Assembly: GCA_030390025.1 (NCBI GenBank)
Contig: CM059432.1
Coordinates: 153,328,001 to 153,392,000 of the forward strand
DNA length: 64,000 nt
Reading direction: 5' to 3'
Origin: Squalus acanthias
Lineage: Eukaryota
The first letter of the stretch is position 1; each line of letters begins with the position of its first letter. Made by a program: the position numbers and the translations under genes. The notes beneath the pieces are model-generated. The model saw only the letters and a list, made by a program, of their open reading frames with translations, made no database searches and was not told the origin of the DNA. This document shows, one piece after another, positions 1 through 9,274 of this stretch.

Positions 1-19
1 TCAGAAAAGAAAAAAAAAT

Positions 20-447
20 GGGCAACACGGTGGCATAGTGGTTAGCACTGGTGCCTCACAGCGCCAGAGACCCGGGTTCGAATCTGACCTCGGGTGACTG
101 TCTGTGTGGAGTTTGCACATTCTCCCCGTGTCTGCGTGGGTTTTCTCCGGGTGCTCCGGTTTCCTCCCACTGTCCAAAAATGTGCGGGTTAGGTTGATTT
201 GGCTATGATAAATTGACCCTTAGTGTTAGGGGGGGATTAAATATGTGGGGTTATGGGGATAGGATGGGATATGTTAGGGGGAATTAAATACGTGGGGTTA
301 CGGGGGTCGGGTGGGATATGTGTCCTGTGGGGATTAAAGCAGGGACAGGGTACTGGATTTGAATGATCAGCCATGATCGTATTGAATGGTGGTGCAGGCT
401 CGACGGGCCGAATGGCCTACTCCTGCTCCTAGATTCTATGTTTCTAT
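20..447 (+). mobile_element. tRNA-derived V-SINE (shark HE1-like), full length, with CR1/HER1-derived 3' tail
   Basis: Pol III A box TGGCATAGTGG (31-41) and B box GGTTCGAATCT (75-85); V-domain-like core gtgtggagtttgcacattctccccgtgtctgcgtggg...ccggtttcctccc; tail gggccgaatggcctactcctgctcct...tctatgtttctat resembling the 3' end of the CR1 LINE at 11456-11530. Confidence 0.85.
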
Positions 448-598
448 GACCTGCTCTTGTTGCCACAGTATTTATGTGGCTGGTCCAGTGAAGTTTCTGG
501 TCAATGGTGACCCCCAGGATGTTGATGGTGGGGGATTCGGCGATGGTAATGCCGTTGAATGTCAATGGGCGGTGGTTAGACGCTCGCTTGTTGATGAT
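448..598 (-). mobile_element. Short internal fragment of a CR1-group LINE, same family as 1139-2696, inverted
   Basis: Minus-strand translation SNHRPLTFNGITIAESPTINILGVTIDQKLHWTSHINTVATRAG is near-identical to part of ORF 1088-2416. Confidence 0.85.
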
Positions 599-868
599 GG
601 GGACAAAGCAAGAGAGAAAAATAAACAGATTAAGAGACAGAGAGAGATGGACAGAATGAGAAAGATGACGACAAAAAGAGATTGAGGTACATAAGGGGTA
701 ATTTTCTGAGCACTGGAACCTCGACTGTGAGTTAGCAATATATGCTGGTGAGGACAAGAATCCCCACCATAGGGGCACACTCAGAAAATGACCCCATACA
801 ATAAGAGATAGATAAAGAAAAAAAGAAACAGACATAATGAGACAGAGAAAGAATCACAGAGGGCACTC

Positions 869-1010
869 AATAGAATTTACAGCACAGAAACAGGCCATTC
901 GGCCCAACTGGTCTATGCCGGTGTTTATGCTCCACTCGAGCCTCCTCCCACCCTACTTCATCTAACCCTATCAGTATATCTCTCTATTCCTTTTTCCCTC
1001 ATGTACTTAT
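869..1010 (-). mobile_element. CR1/HER1 LINE 3'-end fragment
   Basis: atagaatttacagcacagaaacaggccattcggccc is the reverse complement of the ...gggccgaatggcct...ctgtaaattctat tail. Confidence 0.6.
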
Positions 1011-1087
1011 TTACCTCCCATTAAATAAGAAGGAGATGCAGAGCATACAGAATGAGAGACACTTAGCACACAGAATGAGAGAAAGAG

Positions 1088-2416
1088 ATGCAGAGCACAC
1101 AGAATGAGACAGAGAAAGAGGAGAGCACACAGAATACACTGGATACAGCAAAGTCTTTGGGCCCCGACAACATCCCGGCTGTCGTGCTGAAGACTTGTGC
1201 TCCAGAACTAGCCGTGCCTCTAGCCAAGCTGTTCCAGTACTGCTACAACACTGACATCTATCCGACAACGTGGAAAACTGCCCAGGAATGTCCTGTCCAC
1301 AAAAAGCAGGACAAATCCAACCCAGCCAATTACTGCCCCATCAGTCTACTCTCAATCATCAGCAAAGTGATGGAAGGTGTCATCGACAGTGCTATCAAGC
1401 GGCACTTACTCACCAATAACCTGCTCACTGATGCTCAGTTTCGGTTCCGCCAAGACCACTCGGCTCCCGACCTCATTACAGCCTTGGTCCAAACATGGAC
1501 AAAGGAGCTGAATTCCAGAGGTGAGGTGAGAGTGACTGCCCTTGACATCAAGGCAGCATTTGACCGAGTCTGGCATCAAGGAGCCCTAGTAAAACTGAAG
1601 TCAATGGGAATCAGGGGGAAAACGCTCCACTGGCTGGAGTCATACCTAGCACAAAGGAAGATGGTTGTGGTGGTTGAAGGTCAATCATCACAGCCCCAGG
1701 ACATTGCTGCAGGAGTTCCTCAGGGCAGTGTCCTAGGCCCAACCATCTTCAGCTGCTTCATCAATGACCTTCCCTCCAACATAAGGTCAGAAATGGGGAT
1801 GTTCGCTGATGACTGCACAGTGTTCAGCGCCATTCACAACTCCACAGATAATGAAGCAGTCCATGCCCGCATGCAACAAGACCTGGACGACGTTCAGGCT
1901 TGGGCTGATAAGTGGCAGGTAACATTCGCGCCACAGAAGTTCCAGGCAATGACCATCTCCAACAAGCGAGAGTCTAACCACCTCCCCATGACATTCAATG
2001 GCATTACCATCGCCGAATCCCCCACTATCAACATCCTGGGGGTCACCATTAACCAGAAACTTAACTGGACCAGCCACATAAATACTGTGGCAACAAGAGC
2101 AGGTCAGAGGCTAGGTATTCTGCGGCGAGTGTCTCACCTCCTGACTCCCCAAAGCCTTTCCACCATCTACAAGGCACAAGTAAGGAGTGTGATGGAATAC
2201 TCTCCACTTGCCTGGATGAGTGCAGCTCCAACAACACTCAAGAAGCTCAACACTATCCAGGACAAAGCAGCCCGCTTGATTGGCACCCCATCCACCACCT
2301 TAAACATTCACTCCCTCCACCGTGGCTGCAGTGTGTACCATCTACAAGATGCACTGCAGCAACTCGCCAAGGCTTCTTCGCCAGCACCTCCCAAACTCGC
2401 GACCTCTTCCACCTAG
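1088..2416 (+). pseudogene. LINE ORF2 reverse transcriptase fragment (no endonuclease, 3' frameshift)
   Basis: Complete RT core; the first ~17 aa derive from flanking simple repeat; frame lost near 2320. Confidence 0.85.
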
Positions 2417-2696
2417 AAGGACAAGGACAGCAGGCGCATGGGAACACCACCACCTCCAAGTTCCCCTCCAAGTCACACACCATCCTGACTTAGAAGTGTA
2501 TCGCTGATCCTTCATCGTCGCTGGGTCAAAATCCTGGAACTCCCTACCTAACAGCACTGTGGGAGTACCATCACCACACGGACTGCAGTGGTTCAAGAAG
2601 GCGGCTCACCACCACCTTCTCAAGGGCAATTAGCGATGGGCAATAAATGCTGGCATTGCCAGTGATGCCCAGATCCCATAAACAAATTTAAAAAAG
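1139..2696 (+). mobile_element. 5'-truncated CR1-group non-LTR retrotransposon (RT, 3' UTR, A tail)
   Basis: RT motifs GPDNIP, NYCPISLLS, LDIKAAFDRVWH, GVPQGSVLGP, FADD; C-terminus continues after a frameshift near 2320 (VAAVCTIYKMHCSNSPRLLRQHLP); AATAAA at 2642 followed by an A-rich end. Confidence 0.9.
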
Positions 2697-2870
2697 AATG
2701 AGAGAAAGGGACACGGAGCACACAGAATGTGACAGCGAAACTGACGCAGAGCACAGAGAATGAGAGAAAGGGACACGGAGCACACAGAATGAGACAGCGA
2801 AACTGTCGCAGAGCACAAAGAATGAGACAGATGAAGAGCACACAGAATGAGACTGAGAAAGAAACATAGA
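2697..2870. repeat. Degenerate tandem repeat gagcacacagaatgagacag, also at ~1030-1138 on the other side of the LINE
   Basis: Repeated cacagaatgaga units flank the LINE on both sides. Confidence 0.6.
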
Positions 2871-5217
2871 ACACAGCCATGTACAAGATATGCAAAAAAA
2901 ATTCAATTGCTAGTTCTACCGTGGAAGAGAATGATCGAATAATCAAACACCTGTTATGGGAATCCTGCATCTACAATTGTGCAGAGTATCATTGGAAATC
3001 CTACAACTCCCAGCTTTGTAGAAACGTGTTGACCCCTCTGTATATTGCAAATAAATCAAAATAACTTAGATATGTTAAGCTGGTGTTCATTAACTACTTT
3101 CTTCAGCCACGTAGTCCTAGTTCACAACCTCTCTGAACAGTTTCTGTCTCAGTATCCTGGTTGACATCATCACAAACCTGGCATGAAAGAACTCACAGAA
3201 TGGAAGCATCTATCATACTGCACAGAGCTAACTGTATCACAATGTTTTTATTGAAAGCTTGAACCGGACTTTTCTTGAAAAGTACTCAAACTTTTGGGCT
3301 CCAAATGTAATCAGTCAAATTTTAGCCTTCAGGAAAACCTTAACTGAGTCCAAACTGTTGCTTCATCAGGTGTGTATCATGACGACAACATATTGCAATA
3401 GACTAATATGTTAAAATATTCCAACATAGTATGTACTTTATCAATAAGATACCTTCTTAAAATTATATCTTATTTGTCTCTGGGGAGCAAGTCGTTTCCT
3501 TTCACGGGTTTTATTTGTTGACCTGGAGCAAAGTATAGAAGTCTAGAGGAGACCCATCATTTTTATGCTAAGTGGGAGTAGCCATGGTACGCTATTAACA
3601 GAGATGAACATGAAAGGACATCACTTTTATTTAGAAGTCTGAACTCAATTAGAGTCCCTTGGGTGGATATCAAACCAAAAATATTTTTTACAAGCTTGTT
3701 AATTTAAAACCACCAGGATTGCTTCAGAAAACTTCTCATCTGCTCAGTTCCCCAGGGTTTTCTGTGCATGTGGTTGGGGAGGGGCTGGGGGAGGTAAATT
3801 CTTAAAACAGGTTCCTCCCAAAAACTGATTAAGTATTAAGATTACTGATTTAAAGGAGACAAGTCAAGGGATGCTTCAGAACTACAGGTGAAAATTCCCC
3901 AATCCAGTTCTTAAGTCTGTCTGACATGTATGTTTACTTTGTAGGGTCAAATGCTAGTTTAACTATGAGCATTTTCTGTAATACATGAAGAGCTCAGGAT
4001 GCTACTTGTCACCCACAGAACTAGCTGCTTTAAAATTCTATAATCTGGGGCTTATTGATGACATGCCAATTTTGGAAGGCATCAAATGAAGCATAAGAAT
4101 GTAAAAATACAAGAAGTAAGGAAAACAAAAATAATTCAGCCCTTCTAGCTTGCCCTGCCAATTAAACCTGCTCAGACCACTCTTATCTCCCTCTTAAATT
4201 GGTGCCAAACTCATATCCCTCTACTTCCCACTTTCTCTTTTGGTGGACTAACAATCAGGTGCAGCCAGAGGCAAACGCAACAAGAACAGTTGTCTCAGGA
4301 AGCGCCTGGTGTAAATGGCTCCGCTGGTTGTTAATGAGCAAATAACTCTGCTTGTTGTTATGAGAAAATGACTCTGCTGGTTGTTAGATGCATAGAAAGA
4401 ACTGGAGACTTTGCCATGGAACGTCAACAGGTGAGCCACATTCCCATGAGCTAACACACGCTCCAACAGTTCTAGTCCAGCAAGTGAGACTTGAACTTTT
4501 AATACAAGGGATAGAGGGTGACAGGTGCTGACACAGCCTACAACAAAGTTCTAGAGGTAGAAGTGACGTGCAAAGATTCTTGTGTTCCTGAGATAAAGAC
4601 GGAGATCTAGCTTATGTGACATCCCCTTTCTAAAGCTACATTTGCTACACATACCTGGAGGTTTCTTTAGCTTCCAACCACGTTCCCCAATTCAGCACAA
4701 AGAACTTTCCACATAGTGAAAACATCTGGAGCATGGGGTAAATTGTGGTCTTTAGAAATTTCCCCGCACAGAGCTTCACATGCCAGGAACATACATTGAG
4801 AATTCAAGTGTGCGCCCAATTCGCTTGCATGCCCACGAACTTTCAACCATTAAATTCCATGGGGTAGAAATTAGGTCGCGCCCCATTTGGGGCGCAAATA
4901 TCGTCCGAGCGCAAATATTAGCGCCTGGCGCTAATTATCGGCACTGACAGGAAACTTCACTTTTACCGCCCCGGGAGGTGAGTGGAGCGCTAAATTAGGC
5001 GCTGCACACCTCTCTTAAGGCGCAAAGGCCTAGGAGTGAGGCGCTACCTCAGCGCACGAGCGCAGCGCAGCTGCTGCCAGTTAGCGAGGGAACACAGACA
5101 CACTGGCGCCGGACACTTCTTAAAGCGGGGGGGGCCACTTGCTCCCCAGCCACACCCTGCTCATTGCAGCCTTGAATCTCAGCCTGGAGAGACCTGTAAT
5201 CCATTTTGCTGCCAAGC

Positions 5218-7319
5218 ATGGAGAGGGTGAGAGAACGCGCTCATCGCTTCACCGAGCGGGCCTTGGATGCTCTGGTTGACGCAGTGGAGCGCAGACGATG
5301 CATGCTGTTCCCGGAGAGTGGCAGGAGGCCTTTGCCACGCGAGTTCAGAAGAGTGTGGAGGGAGGTGGCTCAGAGCGTCTCCTCCAGGAGCATGGTGCCC
5401 AGGACCCATGTTCAGTGCCGCAAAAAGTTCAACGACCTCACTCGGGTCGTCAGGGTGAGTGGCTTTTTCTCAATACCTCTCCATCCCTCCATCTCAACCT
5501 CACTCTATGGCCAGAGGGTCTTAAAACCCCAATGCACAACACTCATGCAACACCTATGGCCCTTTCATCAAACACACACACACATTCCACACTTTGCATA
5601 CAGTAAGGGCTATAGAAACATAGAATCTAGGAGCAGGAGTAGGCCATTTGGCCCGTCGAGCCTGCTCCGCCATTCAATACGATCATGGCTGATCATCCAA
5701 ATCCAGTACCCTGTCCCTGCTTTAATCCCCACAGTACACATATCCCACCCTACCCCCGTAACCCCACGTATTTAATTCCCCCTAACATATCCCATCCTAT
5801 CCCCCATAACCCCACATATTTAATCCCCCCTAACACTAAGGGTCAATTTATCATAGCCAAATCAACCTAACCCACACATTTTTGGACTATTCACCTATGG
5901 GAGGCACATCAGGCAAGACCATGGCTGCATATTGTAAGGGCTATTCACCTATGGGAGGCACATCAGGCAAGACCATGGCTGTATATTTACTCAGATGCTG
6001 TCCTTTTTCTTGCAGGCTAAGCTGGCTCATAATCGGAGACAGCAGCAACGGACGGGTGGAGGGCGGCTTCAGCTGCAACCCCTCAGCGATCTGGAGGAGC
6101 GCGTCCACAGGATTGTGGCAAGCCGGGTGATCGGTCCCGTCGCCACTGGGGACGCCGACCCCGTTGTGGACAGCAATGGTAAGGTCATCACCTTTTTGTC
6201 CTCTGTCCTTCCACTTGTCCCTCACAATACCAGCCTTTGACACTTTCAATCCAACTTGCTAACTCGCTGCACTTATTCCTCCCTTACTGCCACCCTGTCC
6301 TCACGCTAAAGCCACTCTTGTACCTCCCTGCTTTCAGATGGTGATTCACCAGCTGAGGAGACGGGCCCTGAAGCTGCCACTGGGAGTGATGCTGCAGCTG
6401 AGGAGGAAGAGGAAGCCGGAGCATCAGTGCCACCCTCTCCCGAGGAAGCCCATGGCCACACTGGGAACACGCCTTCCCCGGAGGGGAGCAGGGGGGAAGG
6501 GGCTGATGATGGTGAAGCTCCAGGACCCAGCGGGCTGCAGCAACGCCATGGGGGGGGGGGAGGGAAGAACGGGAGCCTTCTCCCCAGAGGGAGAGTATGC
6601 CAGACACTCCTACTGCAATGGACGCAGAGGAGGAGCGGCTGATTGCAGAAATGAACAGCCAGGCGGTGGGCATGCACACTGAGCTCATGGGTGCAGTGGG
6701 AAGGGTGCCCGAATGCATTGAGGCACTGGCAAGGAGTGTGGAGCACTTCGCTGTAGCACAGGCGGATGCCACACTAAAGCTTAGTGCTGCAATTCAGTCA
6801 CTGGCTGCCAGGAACCCATCTGAGACTGCTCTCATGCAGACTCAGATTGAGGCCACGCGAGCACTGACTGCTGCCATCCTCGATGGTTCGTGCACATGTC
6901 CCCGGGGCTGTCACCGCGCCGCAGCAGGCCAGCAATCTGTTCTCCGGCAAATTGCTCCGGATGCTGAAGTGCTGCCCCGTGGGAGTGCCAGTGTGTCGGG
7001 CGAGCAGGGAGTTGCTGTCCTCTCTCACGATGACAGCATTCCTGCTGCCAACACTGTCACTTCTCCACTGCACTTGCCACCGCCTGTAGGACAGACTGCT
7101 GCCGCCCATGCAGAGTTGGTGCAGTCTGCAGCCGGGCCCTCCAGGCCCAGAAGTGGTCGAGGCCGTCCTTCAGGGGCATCTGCAGTGTCAGGGTCTGACG
7201 AGCAGCAGCCTTCCACCAGCCTTGCTGCAGCCACTGAGGTCCCATTACGGAGGAGCAGTAGGGTTAGAAGGGGGGAAGTGCGCAAGGGAAGGAGATCACC
7301 CTCGAAGGGCAAAAAGTAG
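5218..7319 (+). CDS. Harbinger Myb/SANT-like DNA-binding protein; 3 exons (5218-5454, 6016-6178, 6338-7319); one frameshift in the G11 run 6550-6560
   Basis: Exon 1 RFTERALDALVDAVERRRCMLF..RVWREVAQSVS..RTHVQCRKKFNDL is a MSANTD/Myb_DNA-bind_5-like trihelix. GT-AG introns: gtgagt at 5455 to tgcag at 6015 (phase 0); gtaagg at 6179 to ttcag at 6337 (phase 1). Exon 3 reads in the 6427 frame up to the G run, then in the 6597 frame to the stop at 7319. Confidence 0.85.
5611..5886 (-). mobile_element. 5'-truncated HE1-like SINE inserted in Myb intron 1
   Basis: Near-identical reverse complement of ~172-447, including the internal duplicated segment; flanked by CTAT on both sides. Confidence 0.85.
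5888..5985. repeat. ~53-bp tandem duplication in Myb intron 1
   Basis: ctattcacctatgggaggcacatcaggcaagaccatggctg occurs at 5888 and 5941. Confidence 0.85.
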
Positions 7320-7613
7320 GAGGTGTGCCAAAATGCTGGTCATTTTTTTATTAAAGGCCGAGGTTCATGGTCCAACTTTTGTTTAGTGTTTTGGACATTA
7401 TCTCCAGGTTGTGAGAACCAGTTATGTTATTGACTGTTTTTTTGTGTTTATTTCTATGAGTTTGTCATGAGGAATTGACACACACAGAGTTTGTAAAATA
7501 AATAAGTTTCTGTATTCAAAATATACATGGCTGGTGGTTGGAATTATTGGTGCCTTGGCCGGCTTAGGGGTTGCGTGCTGGGTTGATTAGTGTTTGTAGC
7601 AATGGCAGGGGCC

Positions 7614-8774
7614 CTAGAAGCGGCTTGCTATTAGTCGTTGACGGACGGCCCTTGCAGTTTGACCATTGTGGGCCGCCCTCCTGCCTTGGTGCTGCTGATG
7701 ATCATCGTCCTCGTCCTGTTCCTCCTCTTCCTCCTCCTCCTCTGGTGGTGCTACAAGGCCTGGTGGCATTGGCTGGGTCCTGAGGATTGCCATGTTGTGC
7801 AACATGCAGCACACGACTACGAAGTTCGAAACTTGCTCAGGCGAGTACTGCAGGGCTCCTCCGGAATGGTCCAGACAGCGGAACCGTTGTTTCAGCACGC
7901 CGAATGTGCGCTCAATAATGTTCCTGGTTGCTTGATGGCTTTCCTGGTACCGCAGCTCAGCAGGGGTGTTTGGCGCACGGAGCGGTGTCATCAGCCAGGT
8001 GCTCAATGCGTACCCCTTGTCCCCCAGAAGCCAACCAACTGGCTGATGCGGTGCGTCGAAAAGTTCTGCCACAGTAGTCTGGCGCAGGATGAAAGCATCG
8101 TGGCAGCTGCCCGGATAGTGGGCATTGACAGCGAGAATCACCTGTCTGTGGTCACAGACCAACTGCACATTCAAGGAATGGAACCCCTTTCTGTTCCTGA
8201 ATTCCTCTGCATTCTCTCGCGGAGCACGCAAAGCCACATGCGTGCAGTCAATGGCGCCCTGCACCATGGGGAAGCCCGCTACCCTCGCAAAGCCCATAGC
8301 ACGGTCATGCTGCTTGTCTGGGGTCATAGGGAAAGAGATGAAGTCTCGTCTCCTTCTGAAGAGGGCATTGGTGACCTGCCGGATGCAGCGATGCACCGCA
8401 AACTGGGAGATATTGGCGAGGTCCCCAACAGCAGCTTGGAATGAGCCAGTGGCGTAGAAGTTCAAAGCCACTGTGACCTTCACTGCCACCGACAGAGACG
8501 TCCTGGACCTCAGCTGAGGCTGCAGATCTGGCTGCAGCAGGTGGCAGAGCTCAGTGACCACCTCCTTGCTGAATCGCAGCCTTCGCAAACACAGCTCCTC
8601 GGACATATGGATGTAGGAGAGCTGTTCACGATATACCCTGGGAGGGTAAGCTCTCCTGTACATGCGCCTGATGGCCCTCCTCCGTCTGGCCATCATTGCC
8701 ACTCTCTGTCTGCGTCTCACTATCCTCCGATTCAGCTGGAGCAGGACGACGCCCCCAATCATTGCAGCCCCCAT
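7614..8774 (-). CDS. Harbinger DDE transposase (HARBI1-like, DDE_Tnp_4), intact, 386 aa
   Basis: VALNFYATG; GFPMVQGAIDCTH (D1); RNRKGFHSLNVQLVCD; YPGSCHDAFI; LLGDKGY (D2); RNIIERTFGVLKQRFRCL (E); CCMLHN; acidic tail; no stops. Confidence 0.95.
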   Translation of the reverse strand: MGAAMIGGVVLLQLNRRIVRRRQRVAMMARRRRAIRRMYRRAYPPRVYREQLSYIHMSEELCLRRLRFSKEVVTELCHLLQPDLQPQLRSRTSLSVAVKVTVALNFYATGSFQAAVGDLANISQFAVHRCIRQVTNALFRRRRDFISFPMTPDKQHDRAMGFARVAGFPMVQGAIDCTHVALRAPRENAEEFRNRKGFHSLNVQLVCDHRQVILAVNAHYPGSCHDAFILRQTTVAELFDAPHQPVGWLLGDKGYALSTWLMTPLRAPNTPAELRYQESHQATRNIIERTFGVLKQRFRCLDHSGGALQYSPEQVSNFVVVCCMLHNMAILRTQPMPPGLVAPPEEEEEEEEQDEDDDHQQHQGRRAAHNGQTARAVRQRLIASRF

Positions 8775-8949
8775 ATTCTCTTTGCCAGAAAAGTAATGAG
8801 GTACAGCAACTAAAGTAGCAACAAAGTTAGGATGAACTAGGCCAAACTACCTCACAAAGCGTTGAGTCAATGTAGAAGTCTCTCTCTCTCTCTCTCAGAA
8901 CGAGTGGTGCATAAATGTCGACCACAGAAAAAGACAGGAAGAGGCCCCC

Positions 8950-8957
8950 TTTAAATA
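8950..8957 (-). promoter_or_regulatory. Candidate TATA box (TATTTAAA) of the transposase gene
   Basis: About 180 bp upstream of the ATG at 8774, and retained in the ~0.9-kb MITE derivatives (gcgctatttaaagg). Confidence 0.4.
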
Positions 8958-9274
8958 GCGCCCCCCCCAGCCCCACACCGATTGATAACGTTCCAGTCTT
9001 CCGGTCGTTGGAAGCGCCAGGCGGTAAGGCAGGGGGCGCCACTCAATTTCCGCTCCGGGGCGCCCCAAGGGCGTTGCACCATGGAATGACGTCACAATCT
9101 GCGCGCGCAGGTGGTCGCAGCGGTAAGTTTTAGCGCCGCCGCACAATCTCAAGTTAAGTTCTCGAGCGGCGCAAACATCGCTGCGCCCGGGCGTTAGCGG
9201 CTTAACGCCCCATTAGCGCCCTCTTAAGGCGCTAACGGGAGGCGCAACCAACTGAATTTTTACCCCCATGTCTC

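Larger units (their letters stand above)
4861..9266. mobile_element. Full-length PIF/Harbinger DNA transposon (4406 bp), two convergent genes
   Basis: TIRs GGGGTAGAAATT (4861-4872) and AATTTTTACCCC (9255-9266); 3-bp TSD CAT (4858-4860, 9267-9269); Myb/SANT gene on + and DDE transposase on -. Confidence 0.95.

Noticed and set aside
20..95. tRNA gene
   Set aside because: A/B boxes belong to a SINE head that runs directly into the SINE body.
5206..5775. 189-aa single-exon protein
   Set aside because: Reads through the splice donor at 5455 into intron and SINE sequence.
7638..8444. 268-aa antisense ORF
   Set aside because: Shadow ORF opposite the GC-rich transposase; no recognisable motifs.
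7614..8774. Domesticated host HARBI1 gene
   Set aside because: Lies between TIRs with a TSD and a Myb partner, so it is a transposon copy.
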